DNA from: an uncultured Planctomycetia bacterium
GTDB lineage: Bacteria; Omnitrophota; Gorgyraeia; Duberdicusellales; 4484-171
Assembly: GCA_964629655.1 (NCBI GenBank)
Contig: CAZVQU010000002.1
Span: 524,878 to 588,877 of the forward strand
Direction of reading: 5' to 3'
DNA length: 64,000 nt
Shown here piece after piece: positions 1 to 9,948 of the stretch. The notes beneath the pieces are model-generated. The model ran no database searches. It was given only the letters and a program-made list of their open reading frames with translations, and was not told the DNA's origin. Numbering within the stretch: position 1 is the stretch's first letter; every line of letters starts with the position of its first letter. The translations under genes and the position numbers were made by a program.

Positions 1-5
1 CTATC

Positions 6-668
6 CTAGATTATACCACCTTTTTGAGAAAAATTTGAAAACTCCTGCATATCTGCAGCTAAACCTACCTCTAAGATGACCTTTTGCCTGCTTATTGGGT
101 GGGTAAAGTTTAAGTAAAAAGCATGTAGCCCTAGGCGCTTAAACTTAACCTTAAAGTCACGGCGAAAAGCATACTTATCCTCGCCTAATATCGGATGATT
201 AATCTTTGCCAATTGTATTCTTAACTGATTAGTCCGTCCGGTTATCGGAGATAATTCTAAGATACTCCAACCTGAGAGATCTTTTAACACTCTGTAATAA
301 GTCTTTGCATACTTTTTCTTCTCACCAAAATTTCTACCTTCCCGATCAATAATCTCACCCTGCCAAACTCCTTTTCTTTTTTTAAGGTTTCCCTTAACAA
401 AAGCAATATACTTCTTCTCAACCTCCCGTCGCCTAAATTGATCGGTAATCTTTCTCTGTATTTCTAAACTCTTAGAATAAATTACCAAACCGGTAGTCTC
501 TCGGTCCAGGCGGTGACAAGGGAAAACCTCATACCCCCTTTCTCGCTCTAGGAGCGAGGTTAGGGTATACTTCTCTTCTCTTTTAGAAGCCTGGATTAAA
601 ACCTTGACTATCTTATTAACCACAATTAGATAATCATCATCAAATATAATTTTAAACGGATCTTTCAT
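6..668 (-). CDS. RluA-family pseudouridine synthase (no S4 domain)
   Basis: HRLDRETTGLV catalytic-Asp motif typical of the RluA/RsuA family; ~220 aa. Confidence 0.8.
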   Translation of the reverse strand: MKDPFKIIFDDDYLIVVNKIVKVLIQASKREEKYTLTSLLERERGYEVFPCHRLDRETTGLVIYSKSLEIQRKITDQFRRREVEKKYIAFVKGNLKKRKGVWQGEIIDREGRNFGEKKKYAKTYYRVLKDLSGWSILELSPITGRTNQLRIQLAKINHPILGEDKYAFRRDFKVKFKRLGLHAFYLNFTHPISRQKVILEVGLAADMQEFSNFSQKGGII

Positions 669-675
669 AACTTAG

Positions 676-1056
676 CTACAATAATTTTTTCTGCGGTTGA
701 GGGCAATTCTCAACCGGCTTCCCGGTTATTACTAAAATTCCTAAGGAGCTTCCTAGGAAATTTGCTAAAATATCCCAGAATTCAAAGCTACGAAAGGGTA
801 AAAAATACTGTGTTATCTCTACGAATAGCCCTAAACAAAAAGCGTAGAAAAAACTACAAATTTTAGGGTTCTTTACCTCCTTCCGCAGAAAAGTATTTCC
901 GGCTAAAAATGCCAGCAAAAAATAGGTTAAGGTATGAATTACCTTATCCTGTAAGGGAAATAATAATTGCGGTTGGAGTTTAACAGGAAACAAACCAGCA
1001 ACAATAATCAGAAAAGAGTAGATATAAGTGGTGCACCAAGAAAAAAGATAGCGCAT
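676..1056 (-). CDS. VanZ-like small integral membrane protein
   Basis: 126 aa with 3-4 hydrophobic helices; VanZ-like length and pattern. Weak call. Confidence 0.4.
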   Translation of the reverse strand: MRYLFSWCTTYIYSFLIIVAGLFPVKLQPQLLFPLQDKVIHTLTYFLLAFLAGNTFLRKEVKNPKICSFFYAFCLGLFVEITQYFLPFRSFEFWDILANFLGSSLGILVITGKPVENCPQPQKKLL

Positions 1057-1072
1057 GAATTTTAGGAGGGAG

Positions 1073-1432
1073 CTACATCTGCCACCATTGCTGAGTTAGC
1101 TCTTGTCGGTGATATTTAAAAATATAATTGTAAATATCTTCTTTATGATAGTCGGGAATACCTGCGAACTGTATTCCTACTTCTCTTCTACCGGGATAAT
1201 CTTTCTGCCATACTACTTGGCCGGAAAGCTTTATAACCTTATCACTCTCTAAGGTAAGATGAAATTTACTTAGATCTTCAGATAAAAGCTGTGGAGATCT
1301 ATCGAAAATAACCTTTACGCCCTTCATGCTTATGTCTCTAACTACTCCCTTAACCGCTGAAGAGAGTTTATCCTGGACAAACTTCAAGGGAAAAGAAACC
1401 TGAAATCTCATAAATCCTCTCTTCTCATCCAT
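1073..1432 (-). CDS. PilZ-domain protein (putative c-di-GMP receptor)
   Basis: N-terminal R-rich motif (RGFMRFQVSF) followed by DISMKGVKV (DxSxxG), as in PilZ. Confidence 0.55.
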   Translation of the reverse strand: MDEKRGFMRFQVSFPLKFVQDKLSSAVKGVVRDISMKGVKVIFDRSPQLLSEDLSKFHLTLESDKVIKLSGQVVWQKDYPGRREVGIQFAGIPDYHKEDIYNYIFKYHRQELTQQWWQM

Positions 1433-1451
1433 AACAATTTCCGCCTTCTCT

Positions 1452-1838
1452 TTACTCTAAACCTCTTCTCTTTAATGCTTCTTCGATCTTAACCTTCAAA
1501 ATTTCTATTTGGACTGGTTTAACAATATAATCCTCATCGTAAAGTTTAGCAGCTCTTATCTTTGAATCTATATCACCCTTGGCAGTAAGCATTATCACCG
1601 GGATAGATAAGATTCCTTTAGTCTTTTTAATCTTCTCCAGAACCTCAAAACCATCCATCTTCGGCATCATAATATCAAGAAGAATAACGTCTATGTCAGA
1701 AGTTGCAGCAATAGCTATACCTTCTTTACCGCTGGTAGCTATAATCACCTCATAATTTCCGACTAATTCCAAATTAGCCTTTACAAAAAAGGTTAAATCC
1801 TCTTCGTCGTCAATAATTAATACTTTTCTTTCCTTCAT
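1452..1838 (-). CDS. single-domain response regulator (CheY-like receiver)
   Basis: LIIDDEEDL acidic pocket, phospho-acceptor D in ILLDIMMP, and T and K in LTAKGD...IVKP. Confidence 0.85.
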   Translation of the reverse strand: MKERKVLIIDDEEDLTFFVKANLELVGNYEVIIATSGKEGIAIAATSDIDVILLDIMMPKMDGFEVLEKIKKTKGILSIPVIMLTAKGDIDSKIRAAKLYDEDYIVKPVQIEILKVKIEEALKRRGLE

Positions 1839-1877
1839 CCTTCTCCCTCCCCTGCCAGCAGACAGGCTTTCCTTTTG

Positions 1878-1905
1878 ATAATACCACCGGTCCCAAAGAT
1901 GTCAA
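1878..1905 (-). promoter_or_regulatory. sigma70-like promoter upstream of the response-regulator gene (TTGACA-N16-TATTAT on minus strand)
   Basis: Reverse complement of 1900-1905 is TTGACA and of 1878-1883 is TATTAT, with a 16-nt spacer. It lies ~40 nt upstream of the start at 1838 and is preceded by AAAACCC, as in the 4665-4692 promoter. Confidence 0.45.
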
Positions 1906-1922
1906 GAAAAGGGTTTTAAGCC

Positions 1923-4616
1923 TTAGAAAAGAGGCAAAACAATCCTAACTGTAGTACCTTTGCCAAGTTCGCTATCAACAAGCAAAGAGCCATGATTATT
2001 CTCAACAATTGTCTTAGACATTGCCAATCCTAGGCCAGTGCCTTTTTTATCTCTTTTAGTGGTAAAAAATGGCTCAAAGAGTCTGGGGAGGTTCTTTTTG
2101 GCTATGCCCTCTCCAGTATCAATTACTTCAATTACGCACACTCTCCCGCCTCTTGAAAACTCCTCTCCGGAGGCCTTATGAGTTCTGACCCTTATGTCGC
2201 CTCCCTTAGGCATAACATCAATGGCATTCACAAATATATTAAATAAAACCTGCTGCATCTGGTTCTTGTCTATATCGATATGGAGATCTTCTTTGCCAAA
2301 TTCAGTAGTAATCTCTATGTTAACTAAAGAACTTCTATATTTAAGCAAGGAAAGAGTATCGTTGATTAACTCTTGCGGGGTTAACTTCTCAGTTTTAATC
2401 TCCGAAGGCATAGCAAACTTTACTAAGTTACAAACAATAGTATCGGCTCGCAGTGTAGATTCTTTTATCTTCTTTAGAGCAACCTTAATATCTCTATCTT
2501 TGGTTTGTAGTTTTCGCTCTAGGTATTCAGTACCCCCGAGGATGATTCCTAAAGGATTCTTCACTTCATGGGCAACCCCTGAAGAAAATCTTCCTAAAGC
2601 TGCAAGCTTTTCAGACTGGACCAAACCGTATTGGGCTTCCTTTAACTTTTCCGAGGCATGGCTTAGCTCCTCGTTTGCTTTTATACGTTCCTCCTCTACT
2701 CCGATGGCTGAAGCAATAATTCCTAAAAACTTCTTATCTTCACCGCCAAGCACAGGTTCATTCTTGTAAACTCCGCATAAGACACCTACATGTCGGCTAC
2801 GACATTTAACTGCCTTACCAATAAAAGTACGGAATTGATAGAGCGAACAAAATGGGTCTTCACCGACGCAAGAAGAATGCGGCAAATTATATACAATTAA
2901 AGAACCATCTTTCTCCTCTTTTATGACCTCCCCGCAAAGGCTACCAGAGTACTTTCCCTCACTCTCATACCCTGGAGGCGGATTATATTGGCCTATAGAG
3001 TGGTAAGTATTCTCTTTAAGGTCAATTCGATGATAAAAAGCTGAACTCGACACCAAAATGTTGCCACAAAGAGCAACTAAGCGTTGAATATTATCTATGG
3101 AATCAGCTCCCAAATTCAGCAGGCACTCATTTACCTGGCTTAAATGCTGTTCATCTCTTTTACGCTTGATAACCCCGGCTAAAGTAGTTGAGATTGTATT
3201 TAAAAACTCTTCTTCTCTTGCGCCCTGTTTGTGTCCTCTCTCCATGCATACATCTATTACCCCGATTATATTCCCGGCGTATACAATAGGACTGCAATAA
3301 TGAGCCCGGGGTTCTATACCTCTGTTTTTAGCAACCAAGTCTTCCTTGAAACCATCATCAAACTGGAAATCTCCTAAAGCTGCTGCCCGGCCACAAACAC
3401 CTTTGCCAAAAGGAACTCGTCGATACTCCTTTTTTAAGGCTTCGGGGAGCCTGCTTTGAACATTCATTGATAATACCTGAGGCTCTGATCCGACAAGAAA
3501 TATCGCCCCCATACCCAAGGAAGAAAATAATGGCGAGGAGAGAATAATATTAAGAGCACACTTTAAAAACCCATCTAAAGAAATACTTTCCAGTGAAAAA
3601 CGCAAGAGAGAACTTATTGCTGCCTGAGCAAGGTAATTATGGCGAATCTCCTGCTCTTGTTTATCGACCCTGCTAAAATCTTCAAAAGTCTCTATCACAG
3701 CTACAATTTCACCCCTTTTATTCTCGATCGGAAACGAAACCACCTTATAGGTTCCCAGCGCACCTTTAGCAGATGCTTTTACCAAATCCTCCTGGGTCTT
3801 TTTGCTGCTCAAAGCTTTACAGGTTGGACAAACCAAACAGGGCTCCTTAGAAGAAGAACTGAGGAGATTATGACAAACCGAGCCTTCAGAGAAACCTGGA
3901 CCGGTAAACCACTTCTTCATCTGCCTATTCATGTAGAGAATTTCTCGGTTTGAAGATACCAAGGATACTCCAATGTTAATATTATCAATTATGTTCTTAT
4001 ACCCCTCCCCGGTCTTTTTTAATACTTCCTCAACCCGCTGGTGAGTAGTGATATCGACACCAACACTAATAACATATTTACCGGAGCCTTTCTTATTAGA
4101 AACAACGGTATTAGACCACTTTATTAACCTCTTGCTACCATCCTTGCATATCCAACGATCTTCATAATCCTGAGGGAACTCGCCGTGTTTTAAGTCAAAT
4201 AAATCATTCTTGGCAGTATCAGCATCTTTATTTTCTAAAAACAGCTGCCAAAAATGCTTATCTTTAACCTCATCAAAAGTATAACCAGTTATTCGTTCAC
4301 AAGTGTGATTAAAGCGCACGATTTTCCCTGTAGAATCAAAGGCTATTACCAACGATCCCATCTTATCTAGAAGATAAGGAATTAAATCGTAGCTCTTATC
4401 CAACTCGACTTCGAGTTCTTTTTGTTTGCGGTTAACAAGTTGGAAGTAAATGCCCACAGCTATCAGGAAGAAGACTACTGGCAGACGCAACCAGAAGGAA
4501 TGAACCGTAGGATGAAAAACAGCTTGAATAAAGCTGGTTTCTTTAAGAGCAAATGTCTCTACTCCGGCCCAAATAAGCCAATAGGCTGCGCTAAGGATAA
4601 AAGCAAGATTTACCAT
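1923..4616 (-). CDS. multi-sensor histidine kinase (2 N-terminal TM helices, PAS, GAF, HisKA and HATPase_c)
   Basis: H-box HEVKNPLGII; G2-box GTGLGLAMSK; PAS-like segment GKIVRFNHTCERITGYTFDEV; cysteine cluster CLVCPTC; GAF-like middle region. Confidence 0.85.
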   Translation of the reverse strand: MVNLAFILSAAYWLIWAGVETFALKETSFIQAVFHPTVHSFWLRLPVVFFLIAVGIYFQLVNRKQKELEVELDKSYDLIPYLLDKMGSLVIAFDSTGKIVRFNHTCERITGYTFDEVKDKHFWQLFLENKDADTAKNDLFDLKHGEFPQDYEDRWICKDGSKRLIKWSNTVVSNKKGSGKYVISVGVDITTHQRVEEVLKKTGEGYKNIIDNINIGVSLVSSNREILYMNRQMKKWFTGPGFSEGSVCHNLLSSSSKEPCLVCPTCKALSSKKTQEDLVKASAKGALGTYKVVSFPIENKRGEIVAVIETFEDFSRVDKQEQEIRHNYLAQAAISSLLRFSLESISLDGFLKCALNIILSSPLFSSLGMGAIFLVGSEPQVLSMNVQSRLPEALKKEYRRVPFGKGVCGRAAALGDFQFDDGFKEDLVAKNRGIEPRAHYCSPIVYAGNIIGVIDVCMERGHKQGAREEEFLNTISTTLAGVIKRKRDEQHLSQVNECLLNLGADSIDNIQRLVALCGNILVSSSAFYHRIDLKENTYHSIGQYNPPPGYESEGKYSGSLCGEVIKEEKDGSLIVYNLPHSSCVGEDPFCSLYQFRTFIGKAVKCRSRHVGVLCGVYKNEPVLGGEDKKFLGIIASAIGVEEERIKANEELSHASEKLKEAQYGLVQSEKLAALGRFSSGVAHEVKNPLGIILGGTEYLERKLQTKDRDIKVALKKIKESTLRADTIVCNLVKFAMPSEIKTEKLTPQELINDTLSLLKYRSSLVNIEITTEFGKEDLHIDIDKNQMQQVLFNIFVNAIDVMPKGGDIRVRTHKASGEEFSRGGRVCVIEVIDTGEGIAKKNLPRLFEPFFTTKRDKKGTGLGLAMSKTIVENNHGSLLVDSELGKGTTVRIVLPLF

Positions 4617-4664
4617 TCTATATAGCTATTTTGAATTTTTATTAACTAATGCTTATCCAAGGAC

Positions 4665-4692
4665 ATTTTACTCCTTCCTCAAAAGGTGTCAA
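4665..4692 (-). promoter_or_regulatory. sigma70-like promoter upstream of the sensor kinase (TTGACA-N16-TAAAAT on minus strand)
   Basis: Reverse complement of 4687-4692 is TTGACA and of 4665-4670 is TAAAAT, with a 16-nt spacer. It is preceded by TAAAACCCT, shared with the 1878-1905 promoter. Confidence 0.45.
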
Positions 4693-4795
4693 GACAGGGT
4701 TTTACAAAAACAAGTAATTTTCTGCTTTCTGGAATAATTTGATACTCGAAGAATAAAGGTTTACAAGGAAAAAAATAAGTTTTACAATAACCTCT

Positions 4796-5500
4796 ATGCT
4801 TAGTAGCTATCTGAGAGTGCTGAGGGATCTTCTTTTTCCTTGCCTCTGCCTCTGTTGTGAGAAAAAAATCTCTCAAGATTATCTTTGCCGGGAATGCGAG
4901 GAAAAAATAGTCTTTCTGCCTCCTCCCCGCTGTCGCTACTGCTTAAGGCCTTTAGGCATTAACTCATCAGGCTCCTGCCAAGAGTGTTCAAAAAAGATCT
5001 ACCCCTATCAAAGACTCATTAGTGCTACTGTCTACAAAGAGCCTATGACAAGCTTGATACACCTCTTCAAATATAAGAATTGCGATTATCTTGCTGGTTT
5101 TCTCTCTGAGCTGATGGTAAGATACCTAGTGAAAACAGGCTTTAATCCCAATAAACATCAGATCATCGCCCCTGTGCCCCTACATAAAGATAAGCTAAAA
5201 ATAAGGGGTTATAATCAGGCCGGGCTTCTTTCAAAATTGTTATCAAATCATTTTAAAATCTCTTTTAGAGATGATATAATAGGGAATACAGATATCCGGC
5301 CTTCCCAAACTAAACTTCCCAAACAAAAGAGGGGAAAAAATGTCCAAGGGGTATTTGTAGTGCGAGAAGACTTGCAAAATAAGAACATTATTCTGGTAGA
5401 TGATATTTTTACTACTGGCTCAACAGCCAGTGCCTGTTCTCGGGTTTTGAAAGAAAAGGGGGCAGGAAATATTACAGTGTTAACTTTATCAAAGACATAA
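4796..5500 (+). CDS. comFC: ComF-family protein (double zinc-ribbon plus phosphoribosyltransferase fold)
   Basis: N-terminal CxxC x4 (CLCLCCEKK...CRECEEK...CRYC); C-terminal PRTase motif IILVDDIFTTGST. Confidence 0.75.
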   Translation: MLSSYLRVLRDLLFPCLCLCCEKKISQDYLCRECEEKIVFLPPPRCRYCLRPLGINSSGSCQECSKKIYPYQRLISATVYKEPMTSLIHLFKYKNCDYLAGFLSELMVRYLVKTGFNPNKHQIIAPVPLHKDKLKIRGYNQAGLLSKLLSNHFKISFRDDIIGNTDIRPSQTKLPKQKRGKNVQGVFVVREDLQNKNIILVDDIFTTGSTASACSRVLKEKGAGNITVLTLSKT

Positions 5501-5522
5501 TAAAAACTATTGTAATCAGAAA

Positions 5523-6602
5523 ATGAAGATTTTAAGAAATTACATCATCAAAGACTTCATGTCAGTATTTATATTTTCATTCCTTATCTTAAGCATGGTA
5601 ATGCTCATGGGTAATCTAATGAAAGTGTCTGATATGATCGTACGAAAAGGAGTAAGCGTTATTGACGCCTTAAAAATACTCTCTTTTTTCGTCCCCTATC
5701 TTTTAGGTTTTACCATCCCCCTATCTTTTCTAATGGGTGTCTTATTAGTTATGGGCAGGTTAATCGCCGACAATGAGATTGTCGCTATTAGGGTAGCCGG
5801 TATCTCTCTGTTTAAAATCTTGAACATCTTCCTGATCTTAGGATTTATCTTTTCACTCTTTCTCTTCATTCTCAATGACCGGGTAATCCCTGATTTTCAC
5901 TACCGCTACAGAAGCGAAATAAAGAATATCTACTCCAAGAATGTGTCAGCTCTTATCGAACCCGGAGTATTCATGGAACACTTCCAGAATTACATTCTTT
6001 ACGTTGCTGATAAGAATGGTAATAAGTTAAAGAATATCTTTATCTATGAAATTGATGACAAACAGCAGACTACCAAGGTAACCTTTGCCAAGGAAGGTGA
6101 GTTCATTGTCGAAGGAGATATACTAAAGATAAAATTAGAAGAAGGTTTCCGGGATGAGACCGTCTCTAAAGAAGGGAAGATGGAACTCTATCGTCTTAAT
6201 TTTAAAGTATTCTTCATGGATATACCTATTCAGAAACGTGAAAAGGTAAAGGTAAATAAAAAATCCTCGGACATGAGACTTTCAGAGCTTCGGGAAAAGA
6301 TTGCTCTGCTCAACGCTCCGGAATTAAAAGGCGAATTCCATAAAAGAATAAGCTTTTCCTTCTCATGCCTTGCTTTTATTATCCTTGGTTTTGGTATCTC
6401 TTTGGTAGTAAAACACCGAGAAAAATCGATAAATTTCGGTATTGCCTTTTTAACTGCTGGTGTTTACTACTTACTATTTATCCTGGGAGAAGCTCTGCTT
6501 GAATATCGCCACATTCATCCTGCCCTAGGCATGTGGCTACCGAATATAATAGTTATCTCTCTGGGAGGATACCTTATCTTTAGATATGCGCATTCTAGAT
6601 AG
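5523..6602 (+). CDS. lptF: LptF/LptG-family LPS export permease
   Basis: YjgP/YjgQ architecture with N-terminal MKILRNYIIKDF, 6 TM helices and a periplasmic beta-jellyroll insert. Which paralog is lptF and which is lptG is not certain. Confidence 0.65.
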   Translation: MKILRNYIIKDFMSVFIFSFLILSMVMLMGNLMKVSDMIVRKGVSVIDALKILSFFVPYLLGFTIPLSFLMGVLLVMGRLIADNEIVAIRVAGISLFKILNIFLILGFIFSLFLFILNDRVIPDFHYRYRSEIKNIYSKNVSALIEPGVFMEHFQNYILYVADKNGNKLKNIFIYEIDDKQQTTKVTFAKEGEFIVEGDILKIKLEEGFRDETVSKEGKMELYRLNFKVFFMDIPIQKREKVKVNKKSSDMRLSELREKIALLNAPELKGEFHKRISFSFSCLAFIILGFGISLVVKHREKSINFGIAFLTAGVYYLLFILGEALLEYRHIHPALGMWLPNIIVISLGGYLIFRYAHSR

Positions 6603-7674
6603 ATACATAGTAAAAAGCATAAGCTTAGGATACTTGTTTATCCTCTTGGTATTTATAGGGCTCTACTTTGTTGCCGATATATTCACTAACCTCTCTGACA
6701 TTCTAAGAGCAAAAACCCCTCTGCTAATTTTGGCTCAATACTATATTGCTTCTCTGCCATTGATATTCTTAAGAGTGAGCCCTCTGGCCTTACTGATAAG
6801 CACGCTCTACACTTTTGGCGAACTGAATAAGAATAATGAAATCGTAAGCATCAGGGCCTCGGGTTTAAGTATCATCCGAATTGCCTTTCCAATAATATTC
6901 TTTGCCTTATTCCTCTCAGTGGCGACATTCTTTATACAAGAGCAGACTCTTATGCAATCACAGAAGAAGGTTGATGATATAAAAACACAATTCATAAAAA
7001 ATAGCACGATTACCACCGACGAGGAACGAAACCTTGCCTTTACCTCTGGTAACAGGATATTCTTTGTCCAGAGATTTTTACCTAAAAGAGGTATCTTAGA
7101 GAATGTTATAATCTTTAAGGAAGGAGAAGATGGAGGGCTTGAGAAAAAAATAGTCTGCAAAGAAATCGTCTATGAATACGGCTTCTGGATAGCCAAGGAT
7201 ATTGTCGAGTATAGTCTTGATCGAGACGGAAATATATCTGATACTCCCACCTCTTTACCAACCAAGAAAATCAGCCTAAAGGAAAAACCCAAGGAACTGC
7301 TCTTAAAAAGAAGTATTTTCTCTCAGTACTCCTCCCTAAGCCACTTAAAAAAAGAGATCGCCCGGCTAGAAAAGGTAAAAGCCGGTAATCTTCTGGCGAA
7401 TTTAACTATTGATTACTATCAAAAGGTAGCTGAACCCTTTTCGCATCTTTTTATTGTTATTGGTATCTTACCGATAGCCTTAGAAATCAAAAAAAGAAAA
7501 GTAGCCCTCTCCTCCCTGGGGATAGGCTTTATCTTCAGTTTTATCTACTATATTCTCTCCTCTTTTAGCATTGCCTTAGGAAAATCAGGAGTTATCCTGC
7601 CGTTTTTAAGCGTAAGCTTAGCTCCGGCATTCTTTTTAACCGTAGGAATAACCGGCCTTCTTTTAGTCAGATAA
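6586..7674 (+). CDS. lptG: LptF/LptG-family LPS export permease (second paralog, 17-nt overlap with upstream gene)
   Basis: MRILDRYIVKSI N-terminus; same YjgP/YjgQ topology. Confidence 0.65.
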   Translation: MRILDRYIVKSISLGYLFILLVFIGLYFVADIFTNLSDILRAKTPLLILAQYYIASLPLIFLRVSPLALLISTLYTFGELNKNNEIVSIRASGLSIIRIAFPIIFFALFLSVATFFIQEQTLMQSQKKVDDIKTQFIKNSTITTDEERNLAFTSGNRIFFVQRFLPKRGILENVIIFKEGEDGGLEKKIVCKEIVYEYGFWIAKDIVEYSLDRDGNISDTPTSLPTKKISLKEKPKELLLKRSIFSQYSSLSHLKKEIARLEKVKAGNLLANLTIDYYQKVAEPFSHLFIVIGILPIALEIKKRKVALSSLGIGFIFSFIYYILSSFSIALGKSGVILPFLSVSLAPAFFLTVGITGLLLVR

Positions 7675-7678
7675 TTGT

Positions 7679-8797
7679 TTAAACTTTTGAAAGATTTTTA
7701 TATATCCGGGGTATTTGCAACGATAGACGGCTAACGATCTCATAGGGAATAGTACTGGCGGTCTTAGCTAAACTTTCAGCGCTTATCTTCTTACCCTTGC
7801 TCTTTCCGATTAAGGTTACCTCAGTTCCGGTTTTAATATCATCTCTTGAACCTAAGTCAACCATGATATGATCCATGCAGACCCTGCCGGCAAGATTAAA
7901 AAGACTACCCCTGATAATTACCTTACTCTTACCAGATAAAACCCAGGGATAACCATCAGCATAACCAGCCGCTACGGTAGCAATGCTTCTCTTGCCCTTA
8001 GCAATATAATTCCGGCCATAGCTTACGCTGGCCCCTTTATTAATCTTCTTAACAAAGATAACCTTTGATTTTAAAGAAAGAATTGGCTTAACGCTTAAGT
8101 TAAGATCCTTGGCTGGTTTGATTCCATAGAGAATAAGGCCAGGCCTAACCATATTAAAGTGAGCATTGGGATACTTTAATATGCCAATACTATTAGCACA
8201 ATGACTATACTTAAAAGATATCTTCTCTTTGGCTAGTTGTTTAATAAAACTATTGAAAATACCAATCTGATGGTTAGTAAATTTTTTATCACTATCAGCA
8301 ACCGGGAAGTGAGTGTAAATACCTTCTAAGAATAAATTCTTAAAAGTGTTTAATTTTTTAACAAAACCATGGGCTCGATTGTAGTGAATACCTAAGCGGC
8401 CCATACCAGTATCAATCTTTACATGGATTGGTACAACCTTATTTGCTGCTTGGGCGGCGCTATTTAGCTTACGGGCAAAACCTAAGTCAACAACTGTCGG
8501 GGTTATATTGTAACGGATGAAATGGTTAATGAACTCATTTAAGACTACGGTTAAGATAAGAAGTGAACCATCATAGCCATCTTCTCTTAAAGCAATCGCC
8601 TCCTCAATACTGCCCAGCCCGAAAAAATCAACTCCTCCCCGGCCTAATTCTCTGGCTACTGGAAGCAGGCCATGGCCATAGGCAGATTGCTTTATAGTAG
8701 CAACTATTCTTACCCTTGGACCAAGGTATCTTTGAACAACCTTTAGATTATTCCGCAGAGCTCCTAAATCTACCTCTATCCATAACGGTCTAGTCAT
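7679..8797 (-). CDS. alr: alanine racemase
   Basis: PLP-lysine motif VATIKQSAYGHG near the N-terminus; ~370 aa; C-terminal beta domain. Confidence 0.85.
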   Translation of the reverse strand: MTRPLWIEVDLGALRNNLKVVQRYLGPRVRIVATIKQSAYGHGLLPVARELGRGGVDFFGLGSIEEAIALREDGYDGSLLILTVVLNEFINHFIRYNITPTVVDLGFARKLNSAAQAANKVVPIHVKIDTGMGRLGIHYNRAHGFVKKLNTFKNLFLEGIYTHFPVADSDKKFTNHQIGIFNSFIKQLAKEKISFKYSHCANSIGILKYPNAHFNMVRPGLILYGIKPAKDLNLSVKPILSLKSKVIFVKKINKGASVSYGRNYIAKGKRSIATVAAGYADGYPWVLSGKSKVIIRGSLFNLAGRVCMDHIMVDLGSRDDIKTGTEVTLIGKSKGKKISAESLAKTASTIPYEIVSRLSLQIPRIYKNLSKV

Positions 8798-8798
8798 C

Positions 8799-9482
8799 TT
8801 ATTCGGCCCTCTTTCTTATTTGGCAATTTCTAGGATGTAAGTATAACGGCTTAAGCTTATCGAGAGCTTTAAACTTACTCTTATTATAATACAATTCTGC
8901 CAAAGGCATAAGATATTTTGCCGTAGGGAAAATATTCTTGGAATAGAAGTTTAGCTTAGGATTTAGGCTTAAAATTTTATCCCTTAAGTGTGAATCATAG
9001 GTAATAAAAAGATACTCTCTGTCAATCTTGATAAGCTCCTCTAAAGTGATAAGCTTTTCCTTACCCTGTTTAGTTAAATTCCCATTCTTGGCCTTAAAAC
9101 AACTCAGATAAATTAAACCCCGCCTGGCGTCGGAAACAACGGCTAAGTTCCCAGATTTACTCCTTAAGCGATAAGCACAGGAGTAAAATGAGCCAATTGC
9201 GATTACCGGCTTTTCTTTGGCGATTGCAAAGGCCTTAATCACGCTAAAAGATATACGCAGGCCAGTGAATGAACCCGGCCCGGAACCAATCACAAAAGCA
9301 TCAATAGTCGATAAATCTATTTTTCTCTCTCTCATAGCTTTGCCAATATAACTAATGAGCTGAGAAGCACCAAACTTAAGTCTGCGGTTTATATTTATCT
9401 CCTTATCCGCCTCATACCTTATGCATAGGGAAAGATTCTGGCTAGTGGCATCAACCGCCAAAAAGTTTACTCTTTTAAACAT
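8799..9482 (-). CDS. tsaB: tRNA t6A37 threonylcarbamoyl-transferase complex dimerization subunit TsaB (YeaZ)
   Basis: GPGSFTGLRI motif; ASKHA fold without a metal site; adjacent to tsaE. Confidence 0.75.
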   Translation of the reverse strand: MFKRVNFLAVDATSQNLSLCIRYEADKEININRRLKFGASQLISYIGKAMRERKIDLSTIDAFVIGSGPGSFTGLRISFSVIKAFAIAKEKPVIAIGSFYSCAYRLRSKSGNLAVVSDARRGLIYLSCFKAKNGNLTKQGKEKLITLEELIKIDREYLFITYDSHLRDKILSLNPKLNFYSKNIFPTAKYLMPLAELYYNKSKFKALDKLKPLYLHPRNCQIRKRAE

Positions 9483-9945
9483 ATTTTTTATAGATTCTTT
9501 CTAAAGCCTCTAATCTCTTCTTAGGGTAACCCTTAACAGAAAACTTTATATTACGTATATTTTCTCGGGAAAAGACAAACTCTACCTTTATATACTTATC
9601 TAACCTCTCCTTAATCTTGTTTCCCCATTCAATAAGAGTTATTATTCTCTTAGAATAAAGAAAATCATCAATTCCTAAATCAAATATATCACTAAACTCC
9701 AAGCGGTATAGATCAAGGTGATATACTGATAGTTTGTTTAGATCATATTGCCGAAGCAGGGTAAATGAAGGGCTTAGGACTCTTTTTTTATAACCCAAAC
9801 CGGATAACACACCCTTGGTAAAGGTAGTCTTCCCCCCGCCTAAAACCCCTTCTAAGACAACAACGTCTTCTGCCTTTAGGCTCTTAGAGAATAACTTACC
9901 GAAATCAATAGTCTTACTGGCTGAAGTACTTTTTAGCTTAAGCAT
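9475..9945 (-). CDS. tsaE: t6A ATPase TsaE (YjeE)
   Basis: P-loop GGGKTTFTKG; SPSFTL and YHLDLYRL motifs. Confidence 0.75.
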   Translation of the reverse strand: MLKLKSTSASKTIDFGKLFSKSLKAEDVVVLEGVLGGGKTTFTKGVLSGLGYKKRVLSPSFTLLRQYDLNKLSVYHLDLYRLEFSDIFDLGIDDFLYSKRIITLIEWGNKIKERLDKYIKVEFVFSRENIRNIKFSVKGYPKKRLEALERIYKKYV

Positions 9946-9948
9946 ATT

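Noticed and set aside
2194-2769. 191-aa plus-strand ORF inside the sensor kinase gene; similar cases at 3639-3953, 6807-7160, 12559-12915, 13402-13725 and 24809-25258
   Set aside because: They overlap well-supported genes on the opposite strand and have no recognisable domains. They are products of AT-rich antisense frames.
4679-4876. 65-aa minus-strand ORF overlapping the comFC start and promoter region
   Set aside because: It is short, lies in a divergent promoter region, overlaps the comFC 5-prime end and has no motifs.
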